A DNA stretch of 63,642 nucleotides, the filler included, from Pirum gemmata (Eukaryota): assembly GCA_002812295.1 (NCBI GenBank). It is 19 parts of 19 records of this genome, joined end to end, with 100 filler letters (N's around TTAATTAATTAA, not from the genome) between each part and the next. Parts side by side here need not be neighbours in the genome. Positions count along the whole stretch, not along the records: positions 25,597 to 28,765 come from PDIN01003268.1; positions 28,866 to 32,055 come from PDIN01003269.1; positions 32,156 to 35,346 come from PDIN01003270.1; positions 35,447 to 38,635 come from PDIN01003271.1; 15 more parts are not named here. One strand, 5' to 3'. A program made the position numbers and the translations under genes. This document shows positions 25,860 to 37,459 of this stretch, piece after piece; the stretch's first letter is position 1, and the number at the start of each line of letters is the position of its first letter. Under the pieces are notes generated by a model, which did not search any database, was not told the origin of the DNA, and saw only the letters and a program-made list of their open reading frames with translations.

Positions 25860-27966
25860 TGTCTTCCACCGTTCTAATTAATTCATTATTGTTATTCCTA
25901 TTGTTATAATCATTATCATTATAATTATCAATATTATTAATAACACTATAATTAATAATATTATCATTATCATTATCACTATCATTATAATTATTATTAT
26001 TATCATTAATAACTTCATGTTATAATTATCATTATTATCATTAATAACTTAACGTAATTTTAACGATTGCCGAGCAGTAACACCTACAATTCGATTCAAA
26101 GACTCTCGCTGATCTCTTCCATTGTTTCTAATTTATTCGTTATTGCTATTCCTATCACATTATCCATATCAACATCAATATTATTATTATCATTAATAAC
26201 ATTATCATTATCGCTATCATTATTAGTATCATTACTAGTATCATTATTATCATTATTAGCTTAATGTAATCCTAACGATTGAGGAACAGTAACATCTACA
26301 ATTTGATTGAAAGATTCTCGCTGATCCCCTAACCCTAGCCCTAACCCTAACTCTTAACCCTAACCCTAACTCTTAACCCTAACCCTAACCCTAACCCTAA
26401 CCCTAACCCTAATTCATTCATTATTGTTATTCCTATCACATTATCAATATCAATATCAATATCATTATTATTATTAATAACATGAACATTAACATTAATA
26501 TTAACATAACATTATTATTATCATCATTAATAACTTACTGTAATCCTAAAGCTTGTCAAACAGTAACATCCATAAACTGATAAAAGATTCTCACCGATTT
26601 CTTCCACCGTTCTTAATTAATTCATTATTATTATTCATCGCATTATCAATATCAACATCGATATCAATAACAACATTAATAATGTTAGCATTATTATTAT
26701 CATTCATTATCATTAATAACAATATCATTATCTTTATCACCATTACTATTACTATTACTATTACTATTACTATTACTATTACTATTACTATTACTATTAC
26801 TATTACTATTACTATTACTATTACTATTACTATTACTATTACTATTACNNNNNNNNNNNNNNNNNNNNNNNNNNNNNNNNNNNNNNNNNNNNNNNNNNNN
26901 NNNNNNNACTATTACTATTGCTATTACTATTACTATTACTATTACTATTACTATTACTATTACTATTACTATTACTATTACTATTACTATTATTATTATT
27001 ATTATTATTACTATTGATTACTATTTCACATCGATATCATTATCCTTATCCATATCAATATCATTATTATAATTAATCACTTATTGATGTAATAGCGAAC
27101 ATTTACATCTACAATTTGATTTAAAGATTCTCACTGATTTCTTCCACTATTCTTAATGAATTCATTATTGCTATTCCTATCATTATAATACCAATATCAT
27201 CATCATTATCACTATCATTATTAATAACAATAATAACAATAACAATAACAACAACAACAACATTATTATTATTATTATTATTATTATCATTATTATCAAT
27301 TTAATGAAATCTAACGATTGTCGAAGCGTGACATCTACAACTTAAGTAAAAGATTCTCACTGATCTTTCCACCATTCTCAATGAATTCATTATTGTAACT
27401 TCTATCATTATAATATCATCATTATTATCATTATCATTATCATTGTTAATAACAAAAACAAAAACAATAACAATATTATAATTATTATTATCAATATTAT
27501 CATTAATAATTTGATGTAATCCTAACGTTTCTCGAACAGTAACATCTACAACTTGATTGAAAAATTATCATTAATCTCTTCCACCGTTCTTAATTAATTC
27601 ATTATTATTATCCCTATCATTATAATCACTTTAATCATTATGATATAATTATCATTATCATTATCATTATCATTGTCATTATTAATAACAATAACGATAA
27701 CAATAACATTAACATTAACATTATTATTATCATTCTTATTATTATTATCGTTAATAATTTAATGTAATCCTAACGATTGTCAAACAGTAACATCTAAACT
27801 TTGATTAAAATTGTTATTCCTATCATTATAATCATTATAATTATCATTATCTTTATCTTTATCATTATTAATAATAATAATATATTTCATTATTAATAAC
27901 AATAACAATATCATTAACAATAACGATAACAATAACATTATTATTATTATTATTACAATTAATAAT
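25860..27966 (-). repeat. Tandem array (about 8 degenerate units, ~210-260 bp) derived from the 3' end of the Ubc7 last exon plus 3' flank
   Basis: The marker aatgtaatcctaacgattgtc.aacagtaacatctacaatttgatt.aa.gattctc (coding [27 protein letters not shown]) recurs at ~26050, 26262, 26538, 27087, 27302, 27513 and 27760. Confidence 0.88.
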
Positions 27967-28150
27967 TTAATGTAATCCTAACGATTGTCGGACAGTAACA
28001 TCTACAATTTGATTAAATGATTCTCTTTGATCTCTCCATTTTTTTGAGGCATCAATATTAGCTCCACTTTCATCGTTAGGTTCAGCTAACATACTAACAA
28101 CTGACAATAGAATTTTTTCAACGGACTGGACGGGTGACCAACGCTCACAG
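27967..28150 (-). CDS. UBE2G2: Last exon of ubiquitin-conjugating enzyme E2 G2 / Ubc7
   Basis: AG acceptor at 28152-28151; reads [60 protein letters not shown], nearly identical by recall to the UBE2G2 C-terminus. Not in the ORF track. Confidence 0.93.
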
Positions 28151-28479
28151 CTGTATTAATTAATCAATAATTAATTAATATAAATAAATAAAATATATAA
28201 ATAAATAAATAAACAAACAAACAAACAAATAAATAAATAAAATAAATAAAATAAATAAAATAAATAAAATAAATAAAATAAATAAAATATAAATAAAATA
28301 TAAATTGATCGTAATAAAGAATTGGGTGTAAAATAAAAAACAACCAGTAAATAAATAAACAAACAATAATTGCTAATTACTAGCTAATAATTATAAGAAT
28401 AATTAAAATAATAAATAAATAAAATCATATAACAATTATAATGCTTATTATTGTTAATAATAATGTATATATAACGTAC

Positions 28480-28617
28480 TTCAACAATCATCCAGAAAGC
28501 AAAAAGCGCGAAAGGGAATCCCCATACCTCTTCGTTTTTTGTTACTAACAAATATATTAAATAAACACAGAACACATACGAAATCAAAGTTATTGACCTT
28601 ATAGCATATATCAAGAC
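28480..28617 (-). CDS. Candidate internal exon encoding two hydrophobic segments, unrelated to Ubc7
   Basis: tAG|gtc...gaa|GTACGT, 138 bp, phase 0-0: VLIYAIRSITLISYVFCVYLIYLLVTKNEEVWGFPFALFAFWMIVE. Confidence 0.5.
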
Positions 28618-28988
28618 CTATTTTATACAAACAGTAGTTTGCGTCAAATTGATTAGAAAAAGTAGCAGTGAAATAAGAAGTAGTAGTAATAACAGTAATA
28701 GTAGAATCAGAAGCGCAAACTGTAGCAGCAGTAGCAGTAGCAGTAGCAGTAGTAGTAGTAGTAGTNNNNNNNNNNNNNNNNNNNNNNNNNNNNNNNNNNN
28801 NNNNNNNNNTTAATTAATTAANNNNNNNNNNNNNNNNNNNNNNNNNNNNNNNNNNNNNNNNNNNNATAAATAATAATTATAATTATAATAATTATAATTA
28901 TAATAATAATAATAAACAATTGACTGAGTTTATATTTATAATAAAATGGAAATTGGATTTCCAAAAGGAGAAATAACTTTGATCGCAT

Positions 28989-29117
28989 TTATTCCTCAGA
29001 TTTGGCATCGGGTTTTGAACTGGCCTCTTCGGCATTTTTCTTTTGTTCTTCAGCTTCTTCTGGTAGCATTGAAGCCACTAATAAAGAATGTTGTCCGCCT
29101 AAACTAGCCATAAAGAC
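28989..29117 (-). CDS. RCC1: Last exon of an RCC1-like protein
   Basis: Pyrimidine tract plus tgtAG acceptor; reads VFMASLGGQHSLLVASMLPEEAEEQKKNAEEASSKPDAKSEE*. GGQH(S/T) matches the final RCC1 repeat (human VLSVSSGGQHTVLLV). Confidence 0.7.
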   Translation of the reverse strand, partial: VFMASLGGQHSLLVASMLPEEAEEQKKNAEEASSKPDAKSEE

Positions 29118-29229
29118 CTACACGAGAAAGGGGAGAGGGGAGTTATAAATTAAATAAATAAATAATCATCGTTTGCCTCACACTTTTCTTCTTATTAAAA
29201 TATTATTATTATATTATTGAATTATATGC

Positions 29230-29361
29230 AGGGTTTGGGTTAGGGTTTGGGTTAGGGTTAGGGTTAGGGTTTGGGTTAGAGTTAAGGTTACGGTTACGGT
29301 TAGGGTTAGGGTTAGGGTTAGGGTTAGGGTTTAGGGTTTAGGGTTTAGGGTTAGGGTTAGG
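29230..29361. repeat. Interstitial (TTAGGG)n with TTTGGG/TTACGG/TTTAGGG variants
   Basis: Direct reading. Confidence 0.92.
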
Positions 29362-29979
29362 ATTTAATGGTTGAGGAAATGGATGATCCAGATAATATTT
29401 TGATTGGGGATTTTCAGAACAACAACAACAGCAGCAGCAACAACAACAACAACAACAAAGATTTATTACATTCAACTCATGACAACATTTTTCCCACCAC
29501 TACTCCCAATATCGACGAAATTGAAATCACTGATAAATGTAATATAATTATTAGTACAACTAAAAAAATAAAAAGCGCTTCCATGTCAATAGCAAAAGTA
29601 TTAAGTAAAAATATGAAAAATATAATAATAAAGATGATTAGTCCAGATCATTTATTATTTCTTTTGAGATCATTTGAATATACAAGAACTAGCTTTGTGT
29701 ATTGTATTGTTGTGGTTGGTACCCAACTTTCGAGAATTGGGTTACGTATTTTTATTGTTACTGTATCATTGTTGTAATTGTAAATTGTATTGTAATTGTG
29801 TTGTGTTGTGTTGTGTTGGGTTTTTGTCGTGTTGTATTGTTTTGTTATCATAGTTTTAATTGTATTGTGTTGCATTGTATTGTGTTGTACTGTATTGTGT
29901 TGTATTGTGTATTGTTTTGGGTTGGTTTATGATATGATATGTTGGGTTGGGTTGAGTTGGGCTGTGATTGTAAATGTAA

Positions 29980-30455
29980 TTGTATTGTATTGTATTGTAT
30001 TGTATTGTATTGTAATTGTAATTGTAATTGCATTACATTGTATTGTGATTGTGTAATTGTAATTGTAATTGTAATTGTAATTGTAATTGTAATTGTAATT
30101 GTAATTGTAATTGTGTAATTGTAATTGTAAGTGTAAGTGTAAGTGTAAGTAGTTGTAATTGTAATTGTGTAATTGTGTAATTGTAATTGTAATTGTAATT
30201 GTAATTGTAATTGTATTTGTATTTGTAATTGTAATTGTACTTGTAATTGTATTTGTAATTGTAATTGTGTAATTGTGTAATTGTGTAATTGTAATTGTAA
30301 TTGTAATTGTAATTGTAATTGTAATTGTAATTGTAATTGTAATTGCAATTGTAATTGTAATTGTAATTGTAATTGTAATTGTAATTGTAATTGTAATTGT
30401 AATTGTAATTGTAATTGTAATTGTAATTGTAATTGTAATTATGTAATTGTGTAAT
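29980..30455. repeat. (TTGTAA)n / (TTGTA)n microsatellite
   Basis: Direct reading; source of the QLQL and NYNY ORFs. Confidence 0.95.
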
Positions 30456-30480
30456 TAATAAAAACAAAATAAACTCAAAC

Positions 30481-30646
30481 CTAGTAAAACACCAACGTGC
30501 CATTTCCGGTTCTTCATTATTGGACGCACTTGATCAGCAATTCGATTTAACAACTTCAAAGCCTTATCAGATTCTGGCATGTTTTTGAGTTGTTTTATCT
30601 CTTTGCATTGATACGCTACATCAGACAAATTAGATTGCCTACTCAT
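30481..30646 (-). CDS. WSS1: First exon of a WLM-domain (Wss1-like) metalloprotease
   Basis: MSRQ...KALKLLNRIADQVRPIMKNRKWHVGVLL then a phase-1 GT donor (30480-30479). Matches the WLM N-terminal pattern AxxLLxxxAxxVxPIMxxxxWxVxxLxE. The catalytic HExxH exon is not in this contig. Confidence 0.8.
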
Positions 30647-30739
30647 TGTTTATTATAATCTACTGTTATTACATTAGGAAATTTTAAGCGTTAAGGGTTG
30701 GGTTATATACATGGGGTAAGGATAAGCGTATTGAGGGTC

Positions 30740-30904
30740 AGGGGTTAGGAGCTAGGGGTTAGGGATTGGGGTTTAGGGTTTAGGGTTTAGGGTTTATGTT
30801 TAGGGTTTAGGGTTTAGGGTTTAGGGTTTAGAGGTTTAGGGTTTAGGGTTTAGGGTTTAGGGTTTAGGGTTTAGGGTTTGGGGTTTGGGGTTTAGGGTTT
30901 AGGT
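30740..30904. repeat. Interstitial (TTTAGGG)n heptamer tract
   Basis: About 18 TTTAGGG-like units. Confidence 0.92.
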
Positions 30905-32454
30905 TGCTAGTGACTACTATCTTTGACCTTTATATTATTTGCATTAGTAATTGGAACAGTTATATTGGTGGCGGTGGTGGTGGTGGTGGTGGTGGTGGTG
31001 GTGGTGATGGTGGTGGTGGTGATGGTGAGAGTTGGTGTATAGTCTATATAGTACTACGTCTTATTGATAGTAGTTTGTTTATTGTCGCCTATACTATTGA
31101 TAGCTAGTCTACAACTAGCTAGCTAGAAGCTGCAACTAGCTAGAAGTGTAGTTTTTATTGTCCCTTAAATTTATTTATTTGGAGCTTTGAATATGAAATT
31201 TGACCTTTTTCACATCAGTATTAATGTATAGTAATTAATACATAAAGCATACCAAAATCATTAAATTGTATCTATTTAATAATAATTGGGTGTTTTTAAT
31301 ATTCATATTTGTAGACAAAGATTGATAATTACATCACTATTACATCATATATTAAAATTACATCCATAATGACATCATTTTGATGTTTTCCAGAAAAATG
31401 AGGAGGACTCCTAGTATTTTACATGTGACAGGCGGGCCAAAAAAATTAACTTGCTCCAAATTATTTTTTGAAAATAATAATAATAATAATAATGTAAATT
31501 TTTAACATGCCATAAAAAAGAGATAACATGCCAAATAAAAATTTTTATTCTATTTTATTATGATTATAGTTGCATTAGACTATAGTCTACTATAAGTCAG
31601 TAGTCTACTATAAGTTGCTATAAGTTGCCTTAGTCTATAAATAATATTATTAGACTACCGGTATTATTAGACTATAATAATATTATTATAGAGACTTTCA
31701 TTTATTTTATCACTCCGAATATTTATTTGGAGGGTTATAATATTTAAATTGACATTTTTAAATCAAATGGATTTATATTGTATTAATTTGGAACTATTTT
31801 ATGATGACAAAACAACTATCCCTAACCCTAACCCTAACCCTAACCTAACCCCTAGCTAGCTAGAACCTAACCCTAACCCTAGCTAGTCTAGCTAGTAGTA
31901 GACCGTCTGTAGACCGTCTTATTATTATCGTAGGTCTATCTGATAGTCTATGTTATTAGCTGTTTTATTATTGTCAGATATTATCATAGTAAATCATTAG
32001 ATCATTCATTACCTTTATTATTATTATTATTATCATATTATTATTATTATTATTANNNNNNNNNNNNNNNNNNNNNNNNNNNNNNNNNNNNNNNNNNNNT
32101 TAATTAATTAANNNNNNNNNNNNNNNNNNNNNNNNNNNNNNNNNNNNNNNNNNNNAAAAAAAAAAAACAGTTTGCAGATATAGTAATCCACCTGAAAGAA
32201 GAATATATGTTAAACTTATTTAACGTTAAGAAATTACCTCTTTATTTAGATTATGGAATTTACGAATGAAAATTGCATGTTTACGCTTTTTTGAACCTTG
32301 CTCAACCCTACCGTTGGACACGGGATTGGTAACAGGTTGCTTTTTTATTTTTTTCTTGGAACGCATTTTATCAGAAATTCTACCGAATGCCAACAATAAA
32401 TAATAATAATAAAATAACTACGATAAATGGTAATCGGTAAATGGTTAATAATAC

Positions 32455-32494
<40 letters not shown>

Positions 32495-32710
32495 AATACT
32501 AATAATGATAGTGATAATGATAATAACAATGATATAAATAATAATGATGACAATATATAACAATAAGAATAATAATAATTATAATAATAATAATAACGAT
32601 GATGATAATAATTATAATAATGATAGTATCAATGATAATAATAATGATAATAACACTGATTATAATAATAACACGAGTAGTTATTAAAAGGTGAATCTAG
32701 CTAGCTATGA

Positions 32711-32772
32711 GGGTTAGGGTTAGGGTTAGGGTTAGGGTTAGGGTTAGGGTTTGGGTGAGGGTGAGGGTTAGG
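32711..32772. repeat. Interstitial (TTAGGG)n
   Basis: Direct reading; preceded by CTAGCTAGCTA. Confidence 0.92.
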
Positions 32773-33533
32773 AAAAGACCCCAGAAAAAAAAAATTCCTG
32801 GTGCCTTTGATCGTAGGTCAAGAAGCTCTCTCCCCCAAACCCTATCATCAAACCAAAAAAAAGATAAGAAGTCATAGTCAAGTTGTCTGGATGTTTATTC
32901 TCAATCTGGGATTCTTAAAAGGGAATCTACAGGCTTTAACCTAACAACTACATAAACTACTCCCACACAAACTACTACATCAACTAGCTACATCAATGCC
33001 GACCATGTGGGCGATTGTCAGCGCTTGGATTAAAACTTGCATTTCTATTGTCAGCGGTTTGGTCTCTTGTTTGAACCACATACCAAAAAAAAAAAAGGAA
33101 TCGAGTCTAACAATTTTTTAAAAAATAAAAAAACCAAAAAAAAAAAAACAATTCGAGCCATTAATTTTCCTTATGAAAAATCTTATTTTTTCCTATCATA
33201 GCCTCGTTTTTTTCCTATCATTTCATATTTGGTAGTAGAAGTATATCACATAGCCAATGATTGTTTGTTTTTTAAAAAATGATATATCGGATTCGTCCAG
33301 GATTTAAAAAAGTTTGAACACGGCTTTGCGGATATATATAGCTACTAACACTATTGGTTGGATATTTTTTATTACACCCGAGGTGTAATGGTGTGTCGAA
33401 TGGTGTATATATAAAGATTTTATATACACCAAAAGACTAATGAAAAGGCTTAAAACTTCAGGAATCGTTGGAAATTCGGGTTGGAAATTGGGCTATTGGC
33501 CTAGGTTTATTGGCTTTGTATTGGGGCTTATTA

Positions 33534-33662
33534 GGGAGCTTTCAAATAATACGTCACGTCAAGGGGTAGGTAAGTAGGTGGTATTTGACCACAAATTGAC
33601 GTCGAGGGGTAGGTATATATAGGGGTATTTGAAGCTGTATTTGACTGGCAATTGGCGTTCCC
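33534..33662 (+). mobile_element. Harbinger-like MITE family A, TTA TSD
   Basis: TTA|GGGAGCTTTCAAATA...GCGTTCCC|TTA. Confidence 0.88.
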
Positions 33663-33744
33663 TTACATATGATTTATATATTATATTGCCATGGTAGGAA
33701 ATTGGGGGTACAGAGCGTCAGAGACTGTAACAAAGTATGATATA

Positions 33745-33982
33745 GCCTCTAGATTCTCCCAATTCTGCTTTTTTTTTAAAAAATCGAGTTTTCGAACCTA
33801 TGTATTAATTAAATAAGTTCGAAAATTTTAAGCTAACAGTTTTAAAAGTATTCAAGTATATTTATTTATTTATAAACCCGAAAAAATGGAAAAAATAATT
33901 TTCGAACATGGCTGAATTTTGGCTTTTTTTTTTTTCGACAGCAGAAATTCGAGTTTTCGGGCTAAAGCAGAATTGGGAGAGG
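33745..33982. mobile_element. MITE family F (~230 bp)
   Basis: TIR TCTCCCAATTCTGCT / AGCAGAATTGGGAGA; homologous along its length to 61577-61804. Confidence 0.8.
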
Positions 33983-34102
33983 ACAAAATATCATAAATGA
34001 AAAGCACAACATAATTATTATCATAGCTATGATAATATAGGCATATATGATATAATATCAGTCTCAGATAGCCTATACCATAAACTATCTACCTAGCTAG
34101 TA

Positions 34103-34601
34103 GGGAATCATCACATCACCTAATCTTACCTATGCCTCTTTGCCCAAAACACTTTTGGTCATAATTTTAAAATTCATTTTAATAATAAGTAATTACTGCC
34201 TAAAACAGTTTAAGTCAGACTTTCGGAGTCAATGACTTCTATCAAAGAATAAGTGACATCGACGTCGACATCCTTTTTATGAATATTCCCTCGAATATTC
34301 CTTAGCTATAGCTCTAGCTAGTAGTACATCCTCCTCTACTCGACGAGCTATCATTATCATACGATAGCAAGTTTGGCTATCATCTATAGAGCTATGGATT
34401 AGACTCTAGCTAGACTACTATCATAGTCTACTCGATAAGGACGCCACTTACTCTTTGATAAAAGTCATTGCTCGAAAGCGTGACTTAAACTGTTTTAGGC
34501 AGTAATTAATTATTAAAATGAACTTTAAAATTATGACCAAAAGTGTTTTAGACAAAGAGGCATAGGTAAGATTAGGTAACGTCCTTTATATGGATGATTC
34601 C
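34103..34601. mobile_element. Inverted pair of MITE family G copies (34103-34290 and 34437-34601), Harbinger-like termini
   Basis: The two ~165-190-bp segments are reverse complements; ends of type GGGAAT.ATTCATAAAGGACGT. A third partial copy lies at ~58882-58961. Confidence 0.78.
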
Positions 34602-35640
34602 TAGTAGGGCACTACTAGCTCTACTATCATAGTAGACCCGTATTATAAATTATAATATAGACCTTTATATCTTTTTCAAAAAGTTTCACAGCTACCTAAA
34701 GACATAACCAAGACATACCAGTCGTAGGTGACCGTAAAAGTTTCCCCCTTTTATAAATAAATCATCAATAAATGTGATGATAATATTAAAATGAATTATT
34801 ATACCCTTATAAATTCCCCTACTTCTTAATAAGCTTCCTGCAGTGCAGCATTGCACCACTACAACCTCGCATTACAGCCTCTCACTCTCATCAGACTCAA
34901 TAGTAGTGCAACAGCGTAGTAACAAAATCTATGTACTTAAATTCACAATCTGAGATGGTTAAAAGTCCATTTAAAATACCGTTAATTTAATTAACAACTC
35001 CTCAAACTACTCTTATACAAACTATTTATTGAAGTTTATAAAGTACATCTAGTGATATTATGTGTAACCTCTGCGTATACCAGGTAATAATAGGCCATAT
35101 AATTATAGACCTGGAATTGTTATCATTATAATATAACTTAGACAGCATAGTATATAATAATAATAATAACAATAAATCATATCATTGTACTTGTGTTTTA
35201 AATAATTTTACGTACAATACCGTATTAATACATTTTTTTTTTTTGTCCAGCAGATTTCAACATTTCCAATTCTGAGAAAAAACAAGGATCCTATCTCTAG
35301 CTAGTGCTGATATGATATGGGGGGGGGGGTTCTAAATTTTTTTTTTNNNNNNNNNNNNNNNNNNNNNNNNNNNNNNNNNNNNNNNNNNNNTTAATTAATT
35401 AANNNNNNNNNNNNNNNNNNNNNNNNNNNNNNNNNNNNNNNNNNNNTTATATTATACTATTATTATTATCATAAAATTATTTTATTTTATTATTATTATT
35501 ATTTATTATTGTTATTGTATTATTATTATTATTATTATATGAAAACTATGACGTAATATTTATAAATTAATACGTAAAGTACAATAACTTATGACGTAAA
35601 TATATTTATGACATAATACATGTTAATGACTTCATTCTAT

Positions 35641-35886
35641 TTATGACGTAATATTCGGTGCAAAAATTAAATTTGACATTTTGGTTACACGACGAACAAA
35701 ATTAATAAATTGTTTATAAAATATTGTTTTAAGATGTGATCGTCTGATGTGATCGTTGGGAATATTTTTACTCTCAAGATGTTTATTATAAGTATTTTTT
35801 TCATACTTATAAGAAGACATTTGTACTTGGCCGCTCAGCATGGTTTCGGTTTCCAAAATGATCTTTTTACTTAATTCTGGCTCTAA
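35641..35886 (-). pseudogene. Possible exon or decayed coding fragment, unknown
   Basis: Open frame LEPELSKKIILETETMLSGQ...APNITS*; upstream frame broken; no family recognised. Confidence 0.25.
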
Positions 35887-36220
35887 AAAGTTATGTTTTT
35901 AAAAAAAACTCCTTTAGAAGAAAACAGTAAGAAAACATTCTTGATTTTAAATTTTATTAATACCGCGTACATGTATAACCCGAATTGAAAAAAGATGGTC
36001 AATTTTATATAAAAAAATACAATAATATTAATACATGACAAATAATAATTATTATAATATAAAATATAATATTTTTGTTGAAGTATTACTATATTTAGTA
36101 TTTATATATACATATATGGTATGTATATATGTTATTATAGTTTGGCTGGATTGTTTGAAGTTTCACTTGTTGGCTAGTAGTTTGACTAGCGAGAACTATT
36201 TCATATATAAGCGTTTTTGC

Positions 36221-36498
36221 AGTAGTTGATTTTTGGAAAAAGTTAGTTTTTAGTTTTTAGTTTTTAAGTTTTGTTATTATTTTACATTTAGTTATTTACT
36301 AAAGCTATTTAAATAAACTTGCTTGTTAACTTATTATGGTTATATTTGTATATGTTTATGTATAATTTATGGTTTATAGTCATGATTTGTTAGCAAAGCT
36401 AACAATTTAAATAGCTTTAGTAAATAACTAAATATAAAATAATAACAAAACTTAAAAACTAAAAACTAAAAACTAACTTTTTCCAAAAATCAACTACT
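36221..36498. repeat. Near-perfect inverted repeat (94-bp arms, 90-bp spacer)
   Basis: 36221-36314 is the reverse complement of 36405-36498, with one mismatch seen. Confidence 0.92.
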
Positions 36499-37149
36499 CA
36501 AAACAACTGAATGTATGGTGCTACTTTTTTTTTTACTAATTAAAAGTCCCACCTCTTTTGAAAATTTCATATATATTATATTTTACTTATATTCGAAAGC
36601 TGAAAATTATTTGCACGATAAGAGTCGATAAATTTTTCTAGTATTATTTTTTTCAAGAATAAAAAAAAAGAAAAAGAAAAAGGAAAAAAACCGTATTTGA
36701 TATTATAATATTATAATAATTATTACTATTGAGATTTTTTTTTTAATACTTTTTTAGTCGATTAATTTATAATTTTTATTTTTATATGATAAATAAATTT
36801 AATCAAAATCACATGATAACTATTGCAATGACCAATCATAAAATAATCATAATATTTGATTTATTTTATATATTAAAATTTAATTTAAATTTTATATAAG
36901 AAAAGCACTTGAATTAAGCACACGCCGCGAGCTCTTGAACTAAGCTAAGCACTGCCATCGCAAGCTCCGTAGCCTGTGAATTTCTTTTCTTTGGGGGGGG
37001 CGAAATTTGAATTTATGTAGTTTTGATGTTGTTGGTTTGTGAGCAAGTTGTAGTTGTTGAGGAAGCAACTTAACCAGCAAGAGCCGTTTTGATTGTTTGT
37101 TGTTATTGTATTACCAGTGAAAAGGTGTTGAAATTTTTTAGTAAGGTTG

Positions 37150-37235
37150 GCATTTCATTTTCTAGTATTTTCTCCTTGTTATGAGATTGATCATATTGAT
37201 ATCTCCTTTGTTTCTGGGTGTTTTGAGTGAGTTTT
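37150..37235 (-). mobile_element. Fragment of non-LTR retrotransposon ORF2 (post-RT region)
   Basis: Minus frame LKTPRNKGDINMINL resembles the LxxPKxxGGLGxxDL motif of L1/Tx1-type ORF2. Confidence 0.4.
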
Positions 37236-37318
37236 GGCATGTAAATCAAAAAATAAAAACTGTTTTTTTTTTAATTAAAATCTCTTTAGAAAACACCTCT
37301 CAAAAGAATATATTTTTT

Positions 37319-37356
<38 letters not shown>

Positions 37357-37363
37357 TTTTTTT

Positions 37364-37406
<43 letters not shown>

Positions 37407-37459
37407 GAGCCTTTTGGGTTCTATGTGTTTGATTTTTAATTTTTTCTTTTTTTAAATTT

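Noticed and set aside
29367..29777. 136-aa plus-strand ORF
   Set aside because: No recognisable domain, and an equally plausible hydrophobic frame lies on the opposite strand; the strand cannot be decided.
32170..32330. Possible small exons (LWNLRMKIACLRFFEP)
   Set aside because: Splice signals are weak and the frame is ambiguous.
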